Source of the DNA: Veillonellaceae bacterium
Lineage (GTDB): Bacteria; Bacillota; Negativicutes; JAAYSF01
Assembly: GCA_012523975.1 (NCBI GenBank)
Contig: JAAYSF010000017.1
Span: 7,302 to 71,301, forward strand
Direction of reading: 5' to 3'
Length of the DNA stretch: 64,000 bases
How positions within the stretch are numbered: the first letter of the stretch is position 1; each line of letters starts with the position of its first letter. The notes beneath the pieces were generated by a model, which was given only the letters and a program-made list of their open reading frames with translations, was not told where the DNA came from and made no database searches. The translations under genes were made by a program, and so were the position numbers. This document shows positions 29,500 to 39,191 of this stretch, in pieces.

Positions 29500-30750
29500 A
29501 TGAATACCGTTGGACTTATTGTTGAATATAACCCATTTCATAACGGACATCAGTGGCATATCGAAAGAGCGAGACAAGCGACAGGTTGCAAATACGTTAT
29601 TGGTGTTATGAGCGGAAATTTCGTTCAACGTGGCGAACCCGCTGTTTTTGATAAATGGAAACGCGCTGAAATGGCAGTAAAATCCGGTGTCGATCTTATT
29701 ATTGAACTCCCAACAGTCTTTGCAGTACGAAGCGCCCAGTTCTTTGCTGAAGGTGCCGTGCGCCTCTTATCCTCGCTTGGTTTGGTAACTCATCTTTGTT
29801 TTGGCGCTGAATCCCCAGATATTCAAACTTTAAATATTATGGCCGATGCTAGCAGCAATGAACAAAATATAGCAAAAATGCAGTTGTTAATGAAAGACGG
29901 AATTAGCTACGCTGCCGCACTAGGATCAGTTATTGAAAAACAATGCTCTATTCAACTTGAATCCATAGCATCGCCTAATAATATCCTGGCTGTTGAATAT
30001 TTGAAAGCTATTAGAAAATTCGCGCCACAGCTTATTCCAATGCCAATTCTCAGAAAACATTCCCGCTATCATGACACTGAGATAAATGCCCCCTTGGCCA
30101 GCGCCACCGCCGTCAGAAGGGAGATTATCACAAAGCGGACTATAACTACCAAGGCAGAGCAAGCTATGCCGCAAGACACTGCGAAAATTGTTGGTCAATG
30201 TTTAAATGAAGGACGAGGCCCGGTAACATTTTCAGCGTTCGAAAAACCCATTTTAGCGCAATTACGTTTACTTACCCTTAAACAAATAGAAGATTTGCCT
30301 GAAGTGTCTGAAGGACTACACAATAAAATCAGCGACGCAGTGCTCAAGGCGACAAGCATAGAACAACTCCTCACCATAATAAAAAGTCGACGTTATCCTT
30401 ATACTCGTCTGCAGCGAATTCTTATTCACGCTTTAGTTGGTATTACAAAAACCGACATATCCACCTTCGACGAAACTGGTCCGCTTTATGCCAGGGTGTT
30501 AGCTTTTAATGCATGCGGCCGTCAGATACTGAAAAAGATGACAGAGACAGCATCCATTCCCAGTATAATAAAAACTGCAGCCCACCTTAACAGCAAACAA
30601 CGCTCAATCGGCAATCTAACACCGTTTGAGCGTATGCTGGCAATCGACACTCTAGCTACCGACTTATACGTATTAGGAATGCCCAATCCTAACTTGAGCC
30701 ATGGTGGATGGGATTTTCGCTGTTCACCGCAGTACATTCATCACTATTAA
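29500..30750 (+). CDS. tmcAL: tRNA(Met) cytidine acetate ligase TmcAL (YlbM/UPF0348 nucleotidyltransferase)
   Basis: EYNPFHNGH HIGH-type motif, 416 aa, YlbM family. RBS GAGGGATG. Confidence 0.8.
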   Translation: MNTVGLIVEYNPFHNGHQWHIERARQATGCKYVIGVMSGNFVQRGEPAVFDKWKRAEMAVKSGVDLIIELPTVFAVRSAQFFAEGAVRLLSSLGLVTHLCFGAESPDIQTLNIMADASSNEQNIAKMQLLMKDGISYAAALGSVIEKQCSIQLESIASPNNILAVEYLKAIRKFAPQLIPMPILRKHSRYHDTEINAPLASATAVRREIITKRTITTKAEQAMPQDTAKIVGQCLNEGRGPVTFSAFEKPILAQLRLLTLKQIEDLPEVSEGLHNKISDAVLKATSIEQLLTIIKSRRYPYTRLQRILIHALVGITKTDISTFDETGPLYARVLAFNACGRQILKKMTETASIPSIIKTAAHLNSKQRSIGNLTPFERMLAIDTLATDLYVLGMPNPNLSHGGWDFRCSPQYIHHY

Positions 30751-31507
30751 TTATCCGTTTGATCTCCGGCATCATATTGCTGGCCGCCTCCTCACCCAGT
30801 CTTACGCATTCATCAATAGCTTCAAATGAGCTTGGTGATATATGGGCAATATCAGGCTGTATCAAAATATCACAATTTTTATGACGACGTTTTAAAAGCT
30901 CACGTTCCATGATGTCAATGGATTGAATGAGTACATCAAATACATTTGTAATATTACAAACAACCCCTGCATGAGCCAAATCGACAGCTATCACAACATC
31001 TGCACCCATTGATCTTGCTATATCAATGGGTGTTGGGTTTAATACAGCACCATCGACCAACATCATATCACCAATTTTGTGCGGAACAAATACCCCGGGT
31101 ACTGATGTACTCGCTCGTACGGCCTGAGCTACATCTCCCTCAGTAAAAATAACTTCCCGTCCATAGTTGATTTCAGTTGCGACAATTGCTAATGGTATAT
31201 TAAGGTCCGAAAACTTTTTTTGCTGGGTTAAAAGGCTAATGGTGTTAAGGACTTTATCACCCGAGATTATCCCAAGCTTAGGTATGACAAAATCCAGCCA
31301 ATATCTTGGTTTAAGATGCTTTGCCAATTTAACAATAGTATCCGGACTATGTCCGGCACAATAAAGCGCGCCAATCATACTGCCTATACTGCAGCCAGCT
31401 ATAAAATCAATAGGAATATTCTCGCGTTCTAAAACTTTTAAAACACCGACATGGGCGAGACCACGCAAACCACCAGAACCAAGAGCTAAACCTATCTTTA
31501 ACCTCAT
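30689..31507 (-). CDS. Patatin-like phospholipase (YlbK-like)
   Basis: GGLRG oxyanion motif and GCSIGS serine lipase motif. Its 3' end overlaps the convergent tmcAL 3' end by 62 nt. Confidence 0.85.
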   Translation of the reverse strand: MRLKIGLALGSGGLRGLAHVGVLKVLERENIPIDFIAGCSIGSMIGALYCAGHSPDTIVKLAKHLKPRYWLDFVIPKLGIISGDKVLNTISLLTQQKKFSDLNIPLAIVATEINYGREVIFTEGDVAQAVRASTSVPGVFVPHKIGDMMLVDGAVLNPTPIDIARSMGADVVIAVDLAHAGVVCNITNVFDVLIQSIDIMERELLKRRHKNCDILIQPDIAHISPSSFEAIDECVRLGEEAASNMMPEIKRIINSDECTAVNSENPIHHGSS

Positions 31508-31639
31508 ATTCCCCCCCCTAGCTCTAATTTACACTTGGTTTTAGTTATATTACCTCTATCCATTCATATATATATAATGTTTACGGCTTAAATTACCGCG
31601 TAATTTTTTCAATGCCTGGATAGAGGAGGAGATTATTCT

Positions 31640-32896
31640 ATGAGGCTTTTTGACAGAGGCAAACGTTATCGTTCTCGCCTCCTGGCATACTTCATGGCGT
31701 TTGGCACTGTCTTTATCGTCGTAACGATGGTGAAATTTCCGAAAGATGCATTTGACTCAGCAATTATGGGACTTAATCTTTGGTGGAATATCGTCTTTCC
31801 ATCACTATTGCCCTTCTTCATTCTATCCGAAATTTTAATGGGATTAGGGGTGGTCCACTTTATTGGAGTTCTTCTAGAACCTTTAATGCGTCCACTCTTT
31901 AATGTTCCCGGTGTCGGCGCATTCGCAATGTCAATGGGCCTCGCATCTGGTTATCCAATGGATGCAGTAATAACTTGCAAATTCCGCAAAAATCAACTAT
32001 GCAGCGCGGTCGAAGCCGAGCGCCTTTTGTCTTTTACTAACACTGCCGACCCGTTGTTCATGGTTGGCGCCGTCGCTGTCGGTATGTTTGGCATGCCAGA
32101 ATTAGGCATAACAATTGCATTAGCTCACTACATATCAAGTTTCTTAGTAGGCATAATTTTCCGTTTTCACGGCCTGAATCGGGATAGGTATGAGACTCCC
32201 AAAAGGAATACTGAGCAAAAAGGCAACATTATCGTTCGCGCCTTTCGCGCTCTATACAATGCCCGCCAAGAAGATAAGCGATCACTAAATCAACTGCTCG
32301 GCGATTCTGTCAAAAGCTCAATGAATACTATTTTGCTTATTGGCGGTTTTATTATATTGTTCTCGGTTTTCTTGCGCATCCTATCGGTTGTTGGTGTAAC
32401 TGCTTTTCTAGGTACTTTCTTTGCTGCTTGCCTCAGCACGTTTGGCCTAAGCGAAAGTCTATCCCCAGCTTTGGTTAGCGGATTATTTGAACTTGACCTA
32501 GGTGCTATGGCTGCCAGCCAGGCCGATGCCCCGCTTATTGAAAAAGTTGCGATTGTCAGCGCGATAATCGCATGGAGCGGACTTTGTGTGCATGGTCAAG
32601 TAGCTAGCATCGTAATAGAGTCAGGCATTAGAATGACACCTTACATGGTTGCCAGATTCTTGCATGCATTATTGGCAGCTCTACTTACAGTTGTATTATG
32701 TGAACCCGCCCAAAGTGCAGCAAAAGTGTTTACAATGCCAGTAATGCTTAATATGGGAAATACAAACACTCTTGCTTTTTGGCTAGCAAGATTAGAGCAA
32801 ATCGGTTACCAGTTAATAATCTTGACAGCAATCTTAATAACGGTATCAATCGCTATTCATATTACCAGAAGTTTGTATTTTTATATAAAAAGATAA
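31640..32896 (+). CDS. ylbJ: Sporulation integral membrane protein YlbJ (nucleoside-recognition-domain membrane protein)
   Basis: 418 aa polytopic membrane protein with the YlbJ family sequence. RBS GGAGGAG. Confidence 0.85.
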   Translation: MRLFDRGKRYRSRLLAYFMAFGTVFIVVTMVKFPKDAFDSAIMGLNLWWNIVFPSLLPFFILSEILMGLGVVHFIGVLLEPLMRPLFNVPGVGAFAMSMGLASGYPMDAVITCKFRKNQLCSAVEAERLLSFTNTADPLFMVGAVAVGMFGMPELGITIALAHYISSFLVGIIFRFHGLNRDRYETPKRNTEQKGNIIVRAFRALYNARQEDKRSLNQLLGDSVKSSMNTILLIGGFIILFSVFLRILSVVGVTAFLGTFFAACLSTFGLSESLSPALVSGLFELDLGAMAASQADAPLIEKVAIVSAIIAWSGLCVHGQVASIVIESGIRMTPYMVARFLHALLAALLTVVLCEPAQSAAKVFTMPVMLNMGNTNTLAFWLARLEQIGYQLIILTAILITVSIAIHITRSLYFYIKR

Positions 32897-32897
32897 C

Positions 32898-33389
32898 TTA
32901 TGATGCTTGATTTTTTTGATTTTGCTGACTTTGCTGATAAAGCTCATTATGGCCGGCGCGAACAACTTCTAGCGCCCTCTCTAGATTAGCCTCTAAATGC
33001 TTAAAAACATCATCTGCATAGCCAACTGCGTCACTTTGTAGACTGCGGGCTGATTTTTGAGCCTCAGCGATTATACCGCTGGCGCTCTCTTGCGCTTGTT
33101 GGGTAATTACATTCTCATCGGTAAGTTTCATAACGTAATTTTTTGCTTGATCAATTATATTTTGCCCTTCTTTATGGGCGTCATCCAAAATGCGTTTGCG
33201 TTCGCTAATAATACGCTTTGCCTCAGCTATATCACTAGGTAGCGCTTCACGTAAATCATCGATAATTCTTGCCAGATCATCTTCTTCGACAATCCTTTTA
33301 TTGGTAAAGGGAACCCTCGATGCATCAATAAGCAGATTTTCCAGTTCTTCTAAAATCTCATCAATACTCATATTTTCCTCCCCCAACAA
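32898..33389 (-). CDS. Hypothetical coiled-coil protein (ATP-synthase-b/E-like helical repeats), unknown function
   Basis: 163 aa, highly charged and helical (AEAKRIISERKRILDDAHKEGQNIIDQAK). I recognise no characterised family. It lies between coaD and ylbJ, where B. subtilis has no gene. Confidence 0.4.
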   Translation of the reverse strand: MLGEENMSIDEILEELENLLIDASRVPFTNKRIVEEDDLARIIDDLREALPSDIAEAKRIISERKRILDDAHKEGQNIIDQAKNYVMKLTDENVITQQAQESASGIIAEAQKSARSLQSDAVGYADDVFKHLEANLERALEVVRAGHNELYQQSQQNQKNQAS

Positions 33390-33393
33390 TACT

Positions 33394-33876
33394 TCATGAA
33401 GTTTGATAACGCTTTTTCATCTCAATTTCGACACATTCCGGGACTAACCCTTTTATGCATCCGCCAAATTGCGCCAATTCTTTGACACCACTTGAACTTA
33501 AAAAAGAATACTCACTACTAGTCATCATAAACACTGTTTCAATATCTGGGTCAACTTTTTTTATTAATAAGGCTCTCTGGAATTCATATTCAAAATCGAT
33601 TAACGCCCGTAGACCCCTAACAATTATTTTTGAATTCTGCTGCTTAACATAGACGTTAAGCAAGCCAGAAAATGAATCAATACGAACATTCTTAAGATGC
33701 TTAGTCGATTCTTCTAATAAGTAAACCCTTTCAGCCATATTAAAAAGGGGTTTTTTACTAGGATTATGAAAAACGGCAACAATGAGCTCATCAAACATTG
33801 TACTTGCTCGCTCAAAAACATCAATATGACCATTTGTTACTGGATCGAAACTACCGGGACATATTCCAATTCGCAC
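33394..33876 (-). CDS. coaD: Phosphopantetheine adenylyltransferase
   Basis: [10 protein letters not shown] motif. Confidence 0.95.
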   Translation of the reverse strand: MRIGICPGSFDPVTNGHIDVFERASTMFDELIVAVFHNPSKKPLFNMAERVYLLEESTKHLKNVRIDSFSGLLNVYVKQQNSKIIVRGLRALIDFEYEFQRALLIKKVDPDIETVFMMTSSEYSFLSSSGVKELAQFGGCIKGLVPECVEIEMKKRYQTS

Positions 33877-33891
33877 AATAATACCTCCATT

Positions 33892-34440
33892 TCATAAGGT
33901 GAGAAAACTAACTAATGTCTCGCCGTATTTTTCGGTCCTTTTTACTTTAAGTTGGTTAAACTCTCCCCTTATTTGCTCATGATTCGAATGTTCTACTACA
34001 ATGATACCTTCTACCGACAAAATATTGCTGGTATCAATTTTGGTTAGTACCATTTCAACAAGGCCTTTATTATAAGGCGGATCACAAAAAATCAGTTCAA
34101 AGCGCTTGTTTTCCTTAATTAGCCAGTCTAGACCATAAAACACATCACTTTTTAAAACCACTGCTCTATCATTAAATTTAGTAAGATCAATGTTGTCGCG
34201 AACTAAGTTTACGCTTGCCGAACTTTTATCAATAAACAAAGCTGATGCAGCACCTCGACTTAAGGCTTCAAGCCCTAGATTTCCAGTTCCGGCAAACAAG
34301 TCTAGTACATTAGTGTTAGCTATGAATGGCCCTAAAATATTAAATACAGACTCTTTAACACGGTCACTAGTCGGTCGCGTTTCCATCCCGCGTGGCGTTT
34401 TTAGCCGTGTCCCCTTGGCGCTACCGGTAATTATTCGCAT
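33892..34440 (-). CDS. rsmD: 16S rRNA (guanine966-N2)-methyltransferase RsmD
   Basis: DLFAGTG SAM motif and DPPY motif. Confidence 0.9.
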   Translation of the reverse strand: MRIITGSAKGTRLKTPRGMETRPTSDRVKESVFNILGPFIANTNVLDLFAGTGNLGLEALSRGAASALFIDKSSASVNLVRDNIDLTKFNDRAVVLKSDVFYGLDWLIKENKRFELIFCDPPYNKGLVEMVLTKIDTSNILSVEGIIVVEHSNHEQIRGEFNQLKVKRTEKYGETLVSFLTL

Positions 34441-34664
34441 ATCTACCCCACATTACCTGTGAATTTTTAACATATTTGGACATAACACATTTCATTATAC
34501 TACTTTAATCAAACCAAAAAAAGCAACAATCTGTAAGATTTTACAGGAAAAATGGAAAACTAAGAGAAATTCTATTTTATACTTCGGATTCAAAATTTTA
34601 TCTAATAACCCTAGATAAATCAAGGCTATTCTCGTCAGTTGATTAATATCGCTTGAGGTGTTTA

Positions 34665-36341
34665 ATGCTTAAACGGTCCATAGGTTATTTGTTAATAATT
34701 TTTGCGTTATTATCCATTAATATAATGGTGCAAAGTATTTGTAAAAACATCAAAACTGTCACTCCTGTTGAAGGACTAAATTATAAAAACTATTGGTTGA
34801 AGGTTATCGTACTTCCTCTCGATAGCCGACCAGCATGTACCAATTTTGTTGAGAGACTAGGAGCAATTTCTGGAATTGAGATAATCCTCCCGCCGTCGGA
34901 AATTTTAGATAATTATAAAACGCCAGCTGATAAAAACGCTCTTCGAATTTGGTTGAAAAATGAGGGGAAGAATGCTGATGCGGCAATAGTATCCGTCGAT
35001 ATGCTCACCCACGGGAGTTTGCTGGCCTCTCGTTTATCGGCCGGCAGTCCTGAAGATAACCAAGCTGTCCTTGAATTATTAAAAGCGATCCATAAAGAAA
35101 ATGACAATCTAAAAATCTATGCTTTTAATATAATTCCCCGTTTACTTCTAGCTGATAGCAAGGAAAACTCCGTATATCAAAAAAATGTTTTTAAATACTC
35201 GGTATTAAAAGATCAAGTATACACTTTCGAAAATCCCTCTGATATCGAAAAACTATCTGAACTCGAAAATCAAATCCCACCGCATGTTTTATCACGCTAT
35301 AACGATTTGTATCAACAAAATGTTAAAATCAATACTGAGCTCGCGCACTTAGTTGAAGAAGGAGTCATCACTTGCTTGGTCATTGGCCAAGACGATGGAT
35401 ACCCCTTTGGAATTCCTAATATAAGCAAGAAACAAATTCAGCACTATGTTAGTCAATTGTCTAGCAGAGATAGAATTATCATTACACGCGGCACTGACGA
35501 AGTCGCTTTATCGCTGCTCGGAAGAATCGTAACAGACTTTAGCAGTCATCACCCTCGTGTATTTGTAATGTATTCAGATGAGAATGCTCCGCGAGTTACA
35601 ATGCCCTATATGCCTAATACCGTGGCAACAACGGTAAGGGAAAAAATTTTCCTTACCGGTTGTCAGGAAACTAATGATATAAATACAGCCGACTATGTTC
35701 TCTATGTCCACATCGGCACCGATAAAAATATAGATAATCTGCCCGAAATGGCTAAACAGCTTAATGATTTACTCAATAATGGCTATAAAGTAGCATTAGT
35801 AGATTTAAGTGAAAACTTTTACGCTAGCCAGACGCTTTTTCCTCATTTAGATAAGAAAAATGCAGTTGTAACAAAGCTTATAGCGTATGCCGGCTGGAAT
35901 ACCACAAGTAATTCGGTCGGTACAGCAGTAACGCAGGCTTTAGTTTTCACTGACGGATTAAAAAGATACCATTCTGCTTATGATATAGTTAAGCTACATC
36001 AAGATAATCTAGAATTTCTAACTTCAAGATTCCTCGATGATTGGTACTTCCAAAAGAATATCCAGGACATCATTAATAGTCATCTCAAGGATCGTAAGGC
36101 TGACCCCTACAACCTGAATGGTGTTTACGCACAAACAAACCGCCTGGTAAGCACTCTTATGCAAAACCAGGCTCAGATCCTGTATCATGACTATTTTTAT
36201 AACCACCCTATTTTAATTAAGACACCAGATGGACTAAAAAAATATTATATAACTGACCTTAATGTGGAAGCTCATCTACCATGGGAGCGAACTTTTGAAA
36301 TTTTTATCAATACTAAATTATCCTATGGTCTTTATCAATGA
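34665..36341 (+). CDS. Large secreted or membrane-anchored hypothetical protein (DUF4127-like?)
   Basis: Signal/anchor MLKRSIGYLLIIFALLSINIMVQS. The family assignment is from memory of a PLDSRP-type motif and protein size and is uncertain. The start ATG is at 34665 after TTGAGGTG; the tracked ORF uses an upstream TTG. Confidence 0.45.
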   Translation: MLKRSIGYLLIIFALLSINIMVQSICKNIKTVTPVEGLNYKNYWLKVIVLPLDSRPACTNFVERLGAISGIEIILPPSEILDNYKTPADKNALRIWLKNEGKNADAAIVSVDMLTHGSLLASRLSAGSPEDNQAVLELLKAIHKENDNLKIYAFNIIPRLLLADSKENSVYQKNVFKYSVLKDQVYTFENPSDIEKLSELENQIPPHVLSRYNDLYQQNVKINTELAHLVEEGVITCLVIGQDDGYPFGIPNISKKQIQHYVSQLSSRDRIIITRGTDEVALSLLGRIVTDFSSHHPRVFVMYSDENAPRVTMPYMPNTVATTVREKIFLTGCQETNDINTADYVLYVHIGTDKNIDNLPEMAKQLNDLLNNGYKVALVDLSENFYASQTLFPHLDKKNAVVTKLIAYAGWNTTSNSVGTAVTQALVFTDGLKRYHSAYDIVKLHQDNLEFLTSRFLDDWYFQKNIQDIINSHLKDRKADPYNLNGVYAQTNRLVSTLMQNQAQILYHDYFYNHPILIKTPDGLKKYYITDLNVEAHLPWERTFEIFINTKLSYGLYQ

Positions 36342-36364
36342 CGGTAAAATATCACAGAAAACAG

Positions 36365-36393
36365 TTGACAATAATGCCCTCTCTGTGTATACT
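36365..36393 (+). promoter_or_regulatory. Sigma-A-type promoter for the tRNA-Gln/tRNA-Pro pair: -35 TTGACA (36365-36370), 17-nt spacer, -10 TATACT (36388-36393)
   Basis: Consensus hexamers read directly from the sequence, about 45 nt upstream of tRNA-Gln. Confidence 0.5.
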
Positions 36394-36439
36394 TAATAAC
36401 TGTGATAACAAACTGTTTTGTGTAATCTTACGATTATAT

Positions 36440-36515
36440 AGGGGCGTAGCCAAGTCGGTAAGGCAACGGACTTTGACTCCGTCATGCGTTGGTTCGAGTC
36501 CAGCCGCCCCTGCCA
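36440..36515 (+). tRNA. tRNA-Gln (anticodon TTG)
   Basis: Hand-folded cloverleaf: acceptor AGGGGCG/CGCCCCT, D-arm GCC..GGC, anticodon stem ACGGA/TCCGT with loop CTTTGAC, T-arm GTTGG-TTCGAGT-CCAGC, and an encoded CCA. Close to B. subtilis tRNA-Gln. Confidence 0.9.
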
Positions 36516-36524
36516 TCTTTACTT

Positions 36525-36601
36525 CGGGATGTGGCTCAGCTTGGTAGAGCGTTCGGTTCGGGACCGAAAGGTCGCAGGTTCGAATCCTGTCATCCCGACC
36601 A
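36525..36601 (+). tRNA. tRNA-Pro (anticodon CGG)
   Basis: Acceptor CGGGATG/CATCCCG, anticodon stem TTCGG/CCGAA with loop TTCGGGA (G37), T-arm GCAGG-TTCGAAT-CCTGT, and an encoded CCA. Confidence 0.9.
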
Positions 36602-36699
36602 TTTAAATTATATAACCCAAATATAAAGACATAAGCTTCAGCTACATCCGCAAGGACCTGGCGCAGCTTATGTCTTTTATAATGCCTAAAATATTCTAA

Positions 36700-36733
36700 G
36701 CCGCCGGTAATGTCAAACCGGCGGCTTCTTCTT
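36700..36733 (+). terminator. Rho-independent terminator (GCCGCCGG-taatgtcaaa-CCGGCGGC plus TTCTTCTT) ending the tRNA transcript; it overlaps the stop of the convergent EF-G-like gene
   Basis: Read from the sequence. Confidence 0.55.
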
Positions 36734-38810
36734 ATAATTCTTCAGTTCTGTCTTTCTTAGCGTTGGCAATAATTGTCTCTGCAATCCGCTGCGGAACTTC
36801 TTCGTAATGTGAGAAGCTCATATCATAGTTGCCCCGGCCCTGGGTTATTGATCGCAAATCGACGGTATATCTGAACATCTCTGAGAATGGAACTTGAGCT
36901 TTTACTAAACTCATTCCTTTACCAACCGGTTCCATACCTAATACGCGGCCACGTTTCCCATTGAGGTCTCCTATGACATCACCCATGAAAGACTCCGGTA
37001 CATTTATCTCAACATTGCAGATGGGTTCTAATAACACAGGCTTTGCCTGAAGAGCTCCTTTCCTCAACGCCCCTGAACTAGCGATTTTAAAGGCCATTTC
37101 TGAAGAGTCTACTGTATGATATGAGCCATCGTATAGTGTAACCTTAACGTCAACCATCGGATAGCCAGCTAATATTCCTCCATTTAGTGCTTCGCGTACA
37201 CCTTTTTCGACCGCAGGAATATACTGGCGCGGTACAGCGCCGCCAAAGATAGAATCCACAAATTCGAACTGTTTACCTGGCTCCAGCGGATCAAGTTGGA
37301 GCCAGACATGGCCAAACTGTCCATGTCCACCGCTTTGTTTCTTATGCTTACCCTCAACTTTAACAGAGCCACGAATGGTCTCACGATAAGGAATTTTAGG
37401 ATCGCGCAGCAGTACATCAACACCGAATTTACGTTTCATGCGCTCTGCAAGAATATCGGTATGCAGTTCACCCATCCCACTAACTAACAACTGGGCAGTT
37501 TCAACATCTTTACGGACTTTGAAGGTTGGATCTTCATCCATTAAACGGTTCAAGGCATTTGAAATCTTATCTTCATCGCCTTTATTCTTAGCCTCGATAC
37601 ACATAGTAAACATTGGCTTGGGATATGATATCGACTCATAAACTACTGGCTTATCTTTATCGGCAAGTGTATCACCGGTAGTGGTTTCTTGCAATTTCGC
37701 AACGACTACAATATCGCCGGCATGTGCACAAGTCAGTGGATCTTGTGTCTTACCGCGTAGCGTGAAAATACTACCAATACGTTCAATTTTTTCTTTTGAA
37801 GCATTATATAGCATGCTGTCGGGTTTCATTGAACCAGAGAGAACCCTTAGGTAACTCAACCTGCCCACAAACGGATCAGCAGTTGTCTTAAACACGATAG
37901 CCGAAAACGGGTCTGTGATCTTGCGTTCTACTGTTTCCTTGCTTACAGGATGCATACCCATAGCGACTTTACTATCCGGTGAAGGAATATATGCTAAAAC
38001 TGAGTCTAGTAATTGCTGTATACCAATATTTTTTAAGGCTGATCCACAGAGAACCGGGAATATTTTGGCGTCTGCAATTCCTTTTAACAGTCCTTTTTTT
38101 AGTTCATCATCACTTAATTCTTCTCCATCTAGGTATTTTACCAGTAAATCATCATCAGTTTCAGCAACAGCCTCAATTAGGATTTGCCTGCTTTCCAATG
38201 CACGTTCGAGTAAATCTTCAGGAATGTCACTTTCAGTAGATTTATTGGTTTGGGACCAAGTTATTGCTTTCATCTTAATTAAGTCAACAATACCTTTGAA
38301 AGAATCTTCCGCCCCAATTGGCAGCTGCAGAGGGACAACGCTCGTCGACAGTCTTTCTTTCATAGAATCAAAAACACTGAAGTAATCGGCATTCTCACGG
38401 TCCATCTTGTTGATAAAGCCAATGCGAGGCAAGGAAAGCTCGTCAGCATATTGCCAAACCTTTTCTGTTTCCACCTCGACGCCTGAGGCCGCGCATAAAA
38501 CGACCAAAGCACTATCAACTGCCCGTAAAGTACCTTTAACTTCAGCTACAAAGTCCGCATATCCGGGGGTATCAACGAAATTTATCTTGTGATCACGCCA
38601 CTCACAAGGAGCAAGTGCCGCGCTGATGGTAACTTTCCGTTTTACTTCTTCAGGTTCAAAGTCCGTTGTGGACGTCCCGTCATCTACACGGCCTAGACGA
38701 TTAATCGCACCTGAGTTAAATAAGAAAGCTTCCGCCAACGAAGTCTTTCCCGCCCCACCGTGGGCAACAATACCAACATTTCTTAGCCCGTCACTTCTGT
38801 ACTCTTTCAA
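36732..38810 (-). CDS. Elongation factor G paralog (EF-G2-like translational GTPase)
   Basis: 692 aa with the G-domain AHGGAGKTSL, DTPGYADF, NKMD, and domains II-V of the EF-G family. Confidence 0.85.
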   Translation of the reverse strand: MKEYRSDGLRNVGIVAHGGAGKTSLAEAFLFNSGAINRLGRVDDGTSTTDFEPEEVKRKVTISAALAPCEWRDHKINFVDTPGYADFVAEVKGTLRAVDSALVVLCAASGVEVETEKVWQYADELSLPRIGFINKMDRENADYFSVFDSMKERLSTSVVPLQLPIGAEDSFKGIVDLIKMKAITWSQTNKSTESDIPEDLLERALESRQILIEAVAETDDDLLVKYLDGEELSDDELKKGLLKGIADAKIFPVLCGSALKNIGIQQLLDSVLAYIPSPDSKVAMGMHPVSKETVERKITDPFSAIVFKTTADPFVGRLSYLRVLSGSMKPDSMLYNASKEKIERIGSIFTLRGKTQDPLTCAHAGDIVVVAKLQETTTGDTLADKDKPVVYESISYPKPMFTMCIEAKNKGDEDKISNALNRLMDEDPTFKVRKDVETAQLLVSGMGELHTDILAERMKRKFGVDVLLRDPKIPYRETIRGSVKVEGKHKKQSGGHGQFGHVWLQLDPLEPGKQFEFVDSIFGGAVPRQYIPAVEKGVREALNGGILAGYPMVDVKVTLYDGSYHTVDSSEMAFKIASSGALRKGALQAKPVLLEPICNVEINVPESFMGDVIGDLNGKRGRVLGMEPVGKGMSLVKAQVPFSEMFRYTVDLRSITQGRGNYDMSFSHYEEVPQRIAETIIANAKKDRTEEL

Positions 38811-38975
38811 TTAATATCCCTCCTATATGCTTAGATTAACTTGAACCACACATAGCGTGACTCATGGTGTAAATTGCATGTTTTAGAAATTCTCTGTTTA
38901 CTGGAAATATTCCTTCTTTTCAGTCAATTTATTCGCGTATTAGTATAAATTTGGTAAAAATATTCTAATGGGCTT

Positions 38976-39017
38976 AAAAAATAATAACCGCCTTCTCAGG
39001 CGGCTATTATTTTTTAG
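38976..39017. terminator. Bidirectional Rho-independent terminator (perfect 12-bp stem ATAATAACCGCC/GGCGGCTATTAT flanked by A5 and T5)
   Basis: Read from the sequence. It lies about 170 nt downstream of the pduO-type gene stop. Confidence 0.6.
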
Positions 39018-39191
39018 TATTTAACTTTTGTTACAAATCGCACGCATCATTCTTCTAAAAGGTTTGGGCACCCGTAAAAGGTATACCTTCAACGCTTTCA
39101 CCACGCTCGCCCCCTTGTCACTATGCAGTACAATGTCGTTATAATCTATGTCAGGAGCTTGCATTTCGTGTCAATAGTTAATAAATTTCAT

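Noticed and set aside
37915-38385. 156-aa and 86-aa plus-strand ORFs antisense to the EF-G paralog
   Set aside because: Antisense to a conserved GTPase gene, with no start context.
39021-39164. HSDKG in the 47-aa minus-strand ORF, recalling the HSD(R/Q)GSQY DDE-integrase motif (possible transposase remnant)
   Set aside because: Only five residues match, the flanking sequence is unlike rve-family integrases, and there are no inverted repeats or other IS hallmarks.
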